A stretch of 64,000 bases of DNA, from NCBI GenBank assembly GCA_965223325.1, contig CBDCWI010000002.1:1920001-1984000 (forward strand), given 5' to 3'. This DNA comes from Candidatus Multivoradales bacterium (GTDB taxonomy: Bacteria > Acidobacteriota > Thermoanaerobaculia > Multivoradales > Multivoraceae). The notes beneath the pieces are model-generated. The model made no database searches. It was not told where the DNA came from and saw only the letters and a program-made list of their open reading frames with translations. Below are positions 28,354-35,582 of this stretch, one piece after another; the stretch's first letter is position 1; each line of letters opens with the position of its first letter. The position numbers and the translations under genes are program-made.

Positions 28354-28896
28354 CTACTCGCGCACCACCTGGCTGCCTTCGCCGGACCCAACGTAGGCGA
28401 CGAAACGCACCTCGACGACGGCACTCGGATCGAGAAGTGCGGTCGTGCCTACGGCCGTCCAGGCCGGGCGGTGCTCGCCAAAGAACTCGCGATGAACCTT
28501 GATGTAGCTTTTGAACTCCTCGCGAAAGGCCGCAGCGTCGGTTGCACCCACGTGGTAGCTCGACAGCTCAACGACATCCTCAATCGTCGCTCCGGCAGCC
28601 TCGAGAAGTTGCTCGGCGCGCTTGTACATGCCGCGGATCTTGTCCTCATAGGCCCCTTCTCCACCCGCTGGAATGCCCGAGATGATGACCTTGTTGCCGA
28701 CCCTTACGACCGGGGCGTAGCCAAAGTCATAGGCGCCTTGCCAACCCTGCGGGACGAAAACCGTGCTGCTCTGGTCAGTACTGCTCTGGGCGCCGGCGCT
28801 CGCAGTCACGGCTGTACCAAGCACCAGGAGAGCGCTGAGGAGCGCCAGTGCAGTTCTAGGGTTGGGGGTGCCAAACACCGCTTGACCGTGGGACAT
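28354..28896 (-). CDS. Rid (YjgF/YER057c/UK114) family protein with a signal peptide
   Basis: GYAPVVRVG, ISG, AGATIEDVV, PAWTAVG, VEV; N-terminal hydrophobic segment. Confidence 0.85.
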   Translation of the reverse strand: MSHGQAVFGTPNPRTALALLSALLVLGTAVTASAGAQSSTDQSSTVFVPQGWQGAYDFGYAPVVRVGNKVIISGIPAGGEGAYEDKIRGMYKRAEQLLEAAGATIEDVVELSSYHVGATDAAAFREEFKSYIKVHREFFGEHRPAWTAVGTTALLDPSAVVEVRFVAYVGSGEGSQVVRE

Positions 28897-29048
28897 TTTT
28901 CGCCTCTCTCCTTCTCGATCGGGTTCAGTTGCAGCTCGGGCCACTGTTACACACCCCTTACGCCGACGTCCCTCACCCTGAGGTCGGAGCGGGCAGAACC
29001 TGCCGTTGGCGCTGGCATTCCCACAACGTTAAACACGCCTTCGCCTCG

Positions 29049-29483
29049 CTAGACAGGTTCGGCAACGAAGACAGGGATCTTGCGGGTGGTCTTCGCCTGG
29101 TACTCGTCGTAATTCGGAAACGCTCGGACGCCGGCTTTCCACAAGCGATCACGCTCCTCTGCGTCGGTCACCTCTCGCACCACCATGTCGAAGACCTCAG
29201 TGCGATCGCGGATCTGCACCTCTGGATGGGCGCGCAGGTTGTAGACCCAGACCGGGTTCTTTGGCTGGCCTCCCATCGAGCCGATCAACACGTAAGACTC
29301 GTCGACCTTGACCCGCATCAACGGGATCTTGCGGGTTGCACCGGTCTTTCGACCGGTATGAGTGACCAGTACACAGGGCATGCCGGTGTCGCGGAGCTGC
29401 CAGCCACGGGTACCGCCGCTGCTCTCATACTCCTCGACCTGCTCTCTAACCCAGTCGATACTCGGCGGAATGTAGTCCGTCAT
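29049..29483 (-). CDS. Deazaflavin (F420)-dependent nitroreductase family protein (Ddn-like)
   Basis: WVREQVEEYESSGG, TGRKTG..RK.PL, SMGG.PKNPVWVYNL, YQAKT.RKIPV. Confidence 0.9.
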   Translation of the reverse strand: MTDYIPPSIDWVREQVEEYESSGGTRGWQLRDTGMPCVLVTHTGRKTGATRKIPLMRVKVDESYVLIGSMGGQPKNPVWVYNLRAHPEVQIRDRTEVFDMVVREVTDAEERDRLWKAGVRAFPNYDEYQAKTTRKIPVFVAEPV

Positions 29484-29636
29484 CAGTCAATGCTCCCGGT
29501 GGTTCGATCAGTCAATCTACACCGCCTGCCCTTGTAGTCGGCCACCAATCGATCGAAGGGCCAGAACTCCGGCACAACGCTCGGCACACCCAGAAACCCA
29601 GCCCCTGGCGTGTCCCGGCTGCGCTCTGAGCCGAGG

Positions 29637-30215
29637 TCAGCCTCGCAGCTTGTGATGCAGGATGATCGGCACGGCGAGCTCCTCTTCATCAACCAGGTGG
29701 CGATCCAGGAGGTCCTCGATACCGCCCGAGAGACCATGAACCGCACCCACCTCATCGAACGCCTGCCGCTCGTCGAGCTGAAGAAGCCGAAGAGCCCGCG
29801 TGGCCTGGGCTGAGAATCGAACGAGAATGCCGTCGAGCACCTGGTGATCTTTCTCGAGGATCTCGAGACCTCGATTGAAGCGCGGGTCGGCGGCAGAGAG
29901 CTCGGGAACGTACGAATGGTCTTCCCAGTGATGGTGACCATTGAGATTCCTGACCAGCGCACCACCGTAGTGGGCCAGTCGATCTGAGTACGCCGCGCTC
30001 GAAAGGTCACGGTCGAGGTACGCCTCGGTGATCTCTCGGGTGTACCGCGACAGACGGCGGAACATCTGGTGGGCACCCAGCCAGTTCTGTGTTGCCTGGG
30101 CGAAGTTCGGATGGTCGAGCCACGCCTCGCGCGGATACTGCTCGAGTAGAAGTCGCATCTCGGCTGGGAGGGGACCCTGCCGGGGTTCGAGGGTTGTTTG
30201 GGTTTCTACTGACAT
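29637..30215 (-). CDS. Hemerythrin-domain protein
   Basis: AHQMFR, GHHHWEDH, KDHQVL, RHLVDEEE; GGAG RBS before ATG 30215. Confidence 0.85.
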   Translation of the reverse strand: MSVETQTTLEPRQGPLPAEMRLLLEQYPREAWLDHPNFAQATQNWLGAHQMFRRLSRYTREITEAYLDRDLSSAAYSDRLAHYGGALVRNLNGHHHWEDHSYVPELSAADPRFNRGLEILEKDHQVLDGILVRFSAQATRALRLLQLDERQAFDEVGAVHGLSGGIEDLLDRHLVDEEELAVPIILHHKLRG

Positions 30216-30260
30216 TCTTCTTCTCCAGGTCCGCCGGACCTCATGAGAACTCCGAGCGAT

Positions 30261-30293
30261 GAAAACGGCCCGAAGCCAGAGCGAGCTCGGGCC
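30261..30293 (-). terminator. Terminator-like hairpin within the hemerythrin 5' leader
   Basis: Minus strand GGCCCGA...TCGGGCC followed by GTTTTC; the U-tract is short. Confidence 0.4.
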
Positions 30294-30388
30294 TGCGGCT
30301 CCACGCCTCAGGGAACGATCGTGCGGCGGCTCGCGTAGGCGTGCTTCTCGGCCTGGAACCAGGCGCAACGAAAGGTGATGCGTCGCCT

Positions 30389-30417
30389 ACTATAATTGCG
30401 AAAACAATAATTGTCAA
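30389..30417 (-). promoter_or_regulatory. Near-consensus sigma70 promoter TTGACA-17-TATAGT with an AT-rich Fur-like spacer
   Basis: -35 at 30417-30412, -10 at 30394-30389; AT island in GC-rich DNA. Confidence 0.75.
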
Positions 30418-30548
30418 CTCAAACACATAGCGAAGGGATCCACTGAGGCCAGCGCTCGCTCTCCTCTCGCGAAGGCCCGATGGTGTCGTTGGCCGCCAAC
30501 GAGCTGATCGCGGCGCCAGCAGGCGCCGGGAGAGATACTCTGCTCCTC

Positions 30549-31379
30549 ATGAAGCATCTGGAGACCGGAACCAATGAGCTCCTCGCCCGGGTCGAGGAAC
30601 GCGTCGCCATCATCACGCTCAATCGACCGGAGAAGCGCAATGCGCTCTCGGACTTCCTGACCCCGGCACTTCGCCAGACGCTGCTCGACGTCGAAGCCGA
30701 TCCTGACGTTCGGGTGGTGATCATCACGGGCGCCGGCGAGGCCTTCTGCGCCGGTGGCGACATCTCGGGAATGGGGCCGAACAAGAAGAGCCCGGAAACG
30801 CCGACGCCAAAGCCCTCGGTCGAGGCGTCCATTCGGGCTCTTCAGCACAAGCAGGAGACCCTGACCCTACGCCTCTTCGAGCTCACGAAACCCACAATCG
30901 CCGCGCTCCCCGGGCCGGCCGCCGGCGCCGGGTTCTCAATCGCCCTCGCTTGTGACCTCAGACTCGCCTCCTCGAACGCGTTCGTGACCACAGCGTTCGC
31001 TCGCATCGGGCTCTCCGGTGACTACGGCGCCAGCTGGCTGCTCCCCCGCCTGGTCGGTCTGGCAAGGGCCAAGGAGCTGTTCTTCACCGGCCGCCGGGTT
31101 GGCGCCAGCGAGGGACTTGCCCTTGGTCTCTGGAACGAAGTAGTCACGGAGGGCGATGTCCGTGAGCGGGCCTTCGAACTCGCGAAACAGATTGCCGAGG
31201 GACCACCCATCGCCCTCGGGTACATGAAGAGCAATCTCAACCGGGGGATCGATCTCGACCTCAAGCAGAGCCTGGCCATCGAGGCCGACCGCATGGTGCG
31301 CTGCACGAGAACCGAAGACCATCGCGAAGCGGTCGCCGCGTTTCTCGAGAAACGACCGCCGGAGTTCAACGGCCGGTAA
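30549..31379 (+). CDS. Enoyl-CoA hydratase/isomerase family protein
   Basis: LNRPEKRNAL, AFCAGGDI, AAGAG, DYG, FLEKRPPEF. Confidence 0.92.
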   Translation: MKHLETGTNELLARVEERVAIITLNRPEKRNALSDFLTPALRQTLLDVEADPDVRVVIITGAGEAFCAGGDISGMGPNKKSPETPTPKPSVEASIRALQHKQETLTLRLFELTKPTIAALPGPAAGAGFSIALACDLRLASSNAFVTTAFARIGLSGDYGASWLLPRLVGLARAKELFFTGRRVGASEGLALGLWNEVVTEGDVRERAFELAKQIAEGPPIALGYMKSNLNRGIDLDLKQSLAIEADRMVRCTRTEDHREAVAAFLEKRPPEFNGR

Positions 31380-31449
31380 CCAGGGAACGGTTCGAAGCGG
31401 CATCGCCGCGCATCAGCGTCCTCGAGGTCACACCGGCCGGGAATCGAGC

Positions 31450-31546
31450 GCCAAGCCGCGGGCCGGTATTCGAGCAGCCTCTCCTCGTCGAGCTCGACGC
31501 CAAGGCCCGGGCGATCTGGGACCTTGAAGATGCTCTCTTGAATCAG
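31450..31546 (-). pseudogene. C-terminal remnant of a mandelate racemase/enolase-superfamily gene
   Basis: IFKVPDRPGLGVELDEERLLEYR matches the family C-terminal signature; no upstream gene body. Confidence 0.6.
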
Positions 31547-32031
31547 CTCCTCTCGAGCTCCGAACGGATGTAGGCCTCCGGAAGGCCATGTTCTCGAGCA
31601 CCCTTGACCACCAGAGCGACGTACCAATCGAAAGGCCCTCTGTTGGAGGGCGCGCCGACGTATTGGTAGGTCAGAGCATCGACTGGCTGCTCGCCTCTCT
31701 GCACCGATACCCGAATCGGCGTGTAGCCGCCCTCGAAACCATCGAGTCCAGGTCGATCAGAGAGCGCGATCTCGTAGATCTCGTAGATCACCCCCAGGAC
31801 GGTCTCCCCTGAAACCGCGCGCAGATTGAGCTTGGCCGAGCCATCCTTCGACGGCTTGTCGTAGACCAGACAGAAGTCACTCAGCCGACCGAGGCCAACC
31901 AACCGGGCCGAGGGGCATCGTGAGCGCATTCGCGGTTCGTAGAGATTGGAACCGTACGCAAAGTAGCGGAAGCTCTCGCCGCTGCCCGAATCACCCGGTC
32001 CGCTCTGCCCGGGTGAGGTACTGGCATCCAT
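31543..32031 (-). CDS. Gamma-glutamylcyclotransferase family protein
   Basis: YFAYGSNL, LDGFEG, GAREHGLP..YI. Confidence 0.88.
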   Translation of the reverse strand: MDASTSPGQSGPGDSGSGESFRYFAYGSNLYEPRMRSRCPSARLVGLGRLSDFCLVYDKPSKDGSAKLNLRAVSGETVLGVIYEIYEIALSDRPGLDGFEGGYTPIRVSVQRGEQPVDALTYQYVGAPSNRGPFDWYVALVVKGAREHGLPEAYIRSELERS

Positions 32032-32056
32032 TGCGCTGGATCGAGTCGAGGGTCTC

Positions 32057-33403
32057 TTACCCAAGGAGCCGTTTCAGATAAGGCGTCTGGAACACGCCCG
32101 ATGGATCGAGTCGCTTGCGAACCTGCTGAAACGCATCCCACCGCGGGTAGAGCGGCTCGAGTTCCTGTGCCTCGAGATAGTGCATCTTGCCCCAGTGCGG
32201 GCGACCTCCGTGATTGCGAGCGATGGCCTCTGCGTCTCGAAAGAACGGCTCGTGCTCGAGCGCCGCGGCCTGATGAAGCGAAAGGGTTACGACGTCTTCG
32301 CCCCGGTTCATGCCGAGGTAGGTGTCATCGGCCTGGACAGTGCGGTACTCGATCGGCCAGGTGATGTCTCTGAACCTCCCCAGCATCAGCTCACGCAGTT
32401 CCGCCCAGCACTCTCTACCCCGGCTGCGCGGTACGACGTACTCGAGCTCGTTGAAGCGCGTCGTGCGAGACGACGGGAACACCTCTCCGCTCCAGCCGAC
32501 GCGCTCCCCCACGAGGCCTTGTTCGTCTTGCGTTTCTTCGCGATCCTCGGGGTCGCTGGTGATATCGAGCGTCTTCGCCAGGCAGGCGTCTTGCTGCGAC
32601 ACCCAGAAGAACTCGAAGTGACGGTGGCCCTGGATGCGCTCCTCGAGTGATTCCGCCAGCGCCTCATAGGGCACGATCTCGGTGCGCTCGTGGAGTCGAA
32701 ACCGCTTGACGACCCGAAGCTTGACGGTCACCAGGACACCCAGCGCACCCAGATGTACCGCCAGCGCACGCACGACCTCGGGGTCGCTCGCTTTGTCGAA
32801 CTCGCGCAGTTCGCCTTGACCGTCGATCAGAGTCGCGCCCAGAACCAGGGTCGACAGGGAGCCGAGCGTGAGCCCAGTGCCATGGGTGGCGGTGGCGGTG
32901 GCGCCGGCAACACTCTGGCGATCGATGTCAGGCAGCGTCTCGAGAGCCCAACCCGCCTCGAACAGCGGCGCCGTCAGCTGCGCGAGCTTGGCCCCCGCGG
33001 CGACTGTCGCCACGGCGCCGCCTGTCTCTGACGGCTCGATGCTCACCACCGGCCGCTCGCGCGCCAGGCGCGTGAGCAGCGCCGTCGTGCCGCTGGTGGC
33101 GCACAGCGGAACGAAGGAATGACCGGTTCCGGCAACGCGGAGGGTCTCTTTGCGCCGGATCGATTCACGAACGGCGTCGACGAGTTGCTGCTCTGATGTG
33201 GCGCGCTCGACCGCCCGCGGGCTCCACTCGATGGCGCCCGACCAGTTCTTCCACAGCTCTCGTTCTGGCGCCACTTCTTCTTGTGATCTCGGGCGGCCGA
33301 GGCCGGCGGCCGCAGATGTTGGCAGGGCCGCGGCCGCGAAGGCGCCGAGGCCCGTACCAACGACCCGACGACGGGTGAACAAAGGGTCATGTCGTTGGGT
33401 CAT
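32057..33403 (-). CDS. Tat-exported FAD-linked oxidase (D-arabinono-/L-gulono-1,4-lactone oxidase family)
   Basis: TRRRVVG Tat motif; WKNWSG, GTGHSF, ATATHG, GRPHWGK, LDP.G.F; AAGGAG RBS. Confidence 0.9.
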   Translation of the reverse strand: MTQRHDPLFTRRRVVGTGLGAFAAAALPTSAAAGLGRPRSQEEVAPERELWKNWSGAIEWSPRAVERATSEQQLVDAVRESIRRKETLRVAGTGHSFVPLCATSGTTALLTRLARERPVVSIEPSETGGAVATVAAGAKLAQLTAPLFEAGWALETLPDIDRQSVAGATATATHGTGLTLGSLSTLVLGATLIDGQGELREFDKASDPEVVRALAVHLGALGVLVTVKLRVVKRFRLHERTEIVPYEALAESLEERIQGHRHFEFFWVSQQDACLAKTLDITSDPEDREETQDEQGLVGERVGWSGEVFPSSRTTRFNELEYVVPRSRGRECWAELRELMLGRFRDITWPIEYRTVQADDTYLGMNRGEDVVTLSLHQAAALEHEPFFRDAEAIARNHGGRPHWGKMHYLEAQELEPLYPRWDAFQQVRKRLDPSGVFQTPYLKRLLG

Positions 33404-33423
33404 CTCGCGCTCTCCTTTCTCCG

Positions 33424-34692
33424 CTACTGCGACCGGCCGCGCGCCGCGATCGGCCAAGGACCCTGCAGCGAACCGTTCTCGAACGGATGCAGTGTGTCGT
33501 AGAGGTTGATGGTGGGATCACAGTGCGAAACCAGAAGCATCGCCTTCTCACCCAGGCGCAAGGGCCGAGGTTCGGCAGCCAGTGCCTCGGGCAGGAACTG
33601 GACGATTCCGTGCTCGTCACCACCGTAGTGATACACCAGGCCCTCGAGGTCGCGGAACACTGGCTTGGCGTTGGGTTCGTTGGCGAACGCCTTGTAGCCC
33701 GCATCGACTGTGATCAGTTCATCGACCGGCTGGCTGATCGCGGTCGCCAGCACGAAGAGCGCCGGTTCAAAGTCATCGAACACCTCGCCAGCGCTGCCAC
33801 CGATTGCACGGTACTGCACATCCATGAAGCAATAGGAACCGACCTGCAGCTCGGTCAAGCCACCGAGCAGAGTACCTTCTTGGGTATCGATGTCGTAGGT
33901 GCCGGTTCCGCCTCCAGTCATGATCGGAACAGCGATTCCATTCTCTTCGAGAAGCGCACGAGTTTCGAGTGAGGCGGTGAGCGCTTTCATCGAAGCCGCG
34001 GCACGCTTGTCGTGCCCTTTGATGTGCATCACATGACCGGCATAGGCCTGCAGGCCACGGAAGCGCAAGCCCTCGAGCTCAGAAACCAGGCGCGCCAGCT
34101 CGAGCGCCGGCGCACCGGGAGCGATGCCGGTTCGGCGGGTCCCGGTATCGAGACCGATCACGACACTGAGCCGAATACCGGCCGCGCGCGCTAAGCGGTC
34201 GAGAGCACCCGCCGCCTCGGCATGATCGACCAGCATGATGAACCCCGGTGCCCGCCTGGCAAGAGCCACCACCCGTTCGAACTTCTCCGCCGTGGCTACT
34301 GGAGAGGTGATCAGCACCCGGTCAATCCCGTGCTCGACCATCACCGCTGCCTCACTCAGTTTCGCGCAGCAGATCCCCACCGCTCCCAACTCGAGCTGCC
34401 GCTTCGCCACCCGTGGGCACTTATGGGTCTTTGCGTGCGGCCGCAGAGCGACACCGGCCGCCTCAGCATGGGTCGCCATGCGGGTGAGGTTTCGTTCGAA
34501 GGCGGCATGATCGAGCACCAGGGCGGGGGTCGGCAGCGCATCGAGGCCAGCAATCGGCTCCGCGGGAAAGCCGGCCGAGGCGCGTCCCGGCCACCCGATT
34601 CCTGCCCGCACTCCGACCACTCCTCCCAGACCGACCAACCCGCCGGTCACCACGGAGCGCCGAGTCATACCGACCTGCCGATTCTCGCTCAT
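33424..34692 (-). CDS. DSD1-family fold-type III PLP enzyme (D-threonine aldolase / BhcC-like) with a Tat-like leader
   Basis: TPAL, RPHAKTHK (PLP Lys), GGGTGT, DAGYKA, GDEHG, HCDPTINL; N-terminal TRRSVV. Confidence 0.9.
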   Translation of the reverse strand: MSENRQVGMTRRSVVTGGLVGLGGVVGVRAGIGWPGRASAGFPAEPIAGLDALPTPALVLDHAAFERNLTRMATHAEAAGVALRPHAKTHKCPRVAKRQLELGAVGICCAKLSEAAVMVEHGIDRVLITSPVATAEKFERVVALARRAPGFIMLVDHAEAAGALDRLARAAGIRLSVVIGLDTGTRRTGIAPGAPALELARLVSELEGLRFRGLQAYAGHVMHIKGHDKRAAASMKALTASLETRALLEENGIAVPIMTGGGTGTYDIDTQEGTLLGGLTELQVGSYCFMDVQYRAIGGSAGEVFDDFEPALFVLATAISQPVDELITVDAGYKAFANEPNAKPVFRDLEGLVYHYGGDEHGIVQFLPEALAAEPRPLRLGEKAMLLVSHCDPTINLYDTLHPFENGSLQGPWPIAARGRSQ

Positions 34693-34889
34693 CAACGGAT
34701 CATGACACTTCCTGCAGAACCGACCGCTCCGTCCAGCCAGTGCCCGGCCCAGACGAGCGCTCGACCCTTCAAGTGCGGCGGGCTAGGTGAGAGCTGGTTG
34801 TGCGCCTGGGTCAGCGAGCGCCAGCCGTTTCCTTCTTCCCAACCTTCTCGAGGGTCAGGGTGGCACCTACAGATCGTCAGCTTCGCGCA

Positions 34890-35458
34890 CAGGGAAGAGA
34901 ATCCATTCGCGAACAGACTCTGCGCGACGACCACCAGTGGTACTACAACACCGAAGTCTGGGAACGCACGACCTTCCTTGGCGTCCCGTGTGGAAAGTCG
35001 GTCTCCGACATGTGGAACTACCAGGAGATCATCTTCGAGTTGAAGCCTTCACTCGTAGTTGAGTTTGGCGCCCATCGCGGAGGCGCACTGTTCTTTTCTC
35101 GAGACGCTGAAACGCGCCTCACCAAAAGGACGGGTTCTCACAGTCGACGTAGCCACCCAGAAGATCGACTCGCGCGTTCGCACGGATGGTTTGAAGACAC
35201 TCTTGCCACTGCCCCGGTCACGCAACTGGCGGTTCTCCGAGCAGACGGTGACATGTTCTCCTCGACCATGGCGATTCTCGATGGGCTCTCCGAAAAGGTG
35301 TCGCCCTACTCTTCATCGATAACTACGGCGCGATCGCCGCATGCAAGGCCGCGGTCGACGAGTCTCGCGCCGCCCACGACATCGCAGACGTCATGCACAC
35401 GATCGACTGGGCGGCGGGTGTCTACTGGCGTAAAGGATCTCACCGCCCGTCGAGCTAG
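34890..35458 (+). pseudogene. Decayed chimera of a CmcI-type (rhamnosyl O-methyltransferase-like) N-terminus and a TylF/MycF O-methyltransferase C-terminus
   Basis: KSVSDMWNYQEI..LKPSLVVEFG, frameshift to RVLTVDV, jump to GWFEDTL..LAVLRADGDM, frameshift to IDNYGAIAACKAAVD...IDW..GVYWRK. Confidence 0.8.
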
Positions 35459-35582
35459 TCGGCGGCAGATTCCCAACCGCCTCCAACGTATCCAGTCTCG
35501 CCGCTCGGTAGGGAGCTTCCCATCACCGCGGACACGTATCAAGGACTCGGAGGCCAACGCCAGGTGTGAGCGATCTTCGGCC

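Noticed and set aside
26933-28396. 487-aa plus-strand ORF and similar long antisense ORFs (e.g. 1160-2236, 39477-40532)
   Set aside because: Shadow ORFs of real opposite-strand genes in high-GC DNA, with no motifs
30370-30392. GGTGATG...CGCCTAC resembling a fluoride riboswitch
   Set aside because: The two elements are adjacent with no room for the pseudoknot core, and no fluoride-related gene follows
31768-31789. 9-bp duplication giving YEIYEI in GGCT
   Set aside because: Short in-frame slippage with no evident functional meaning
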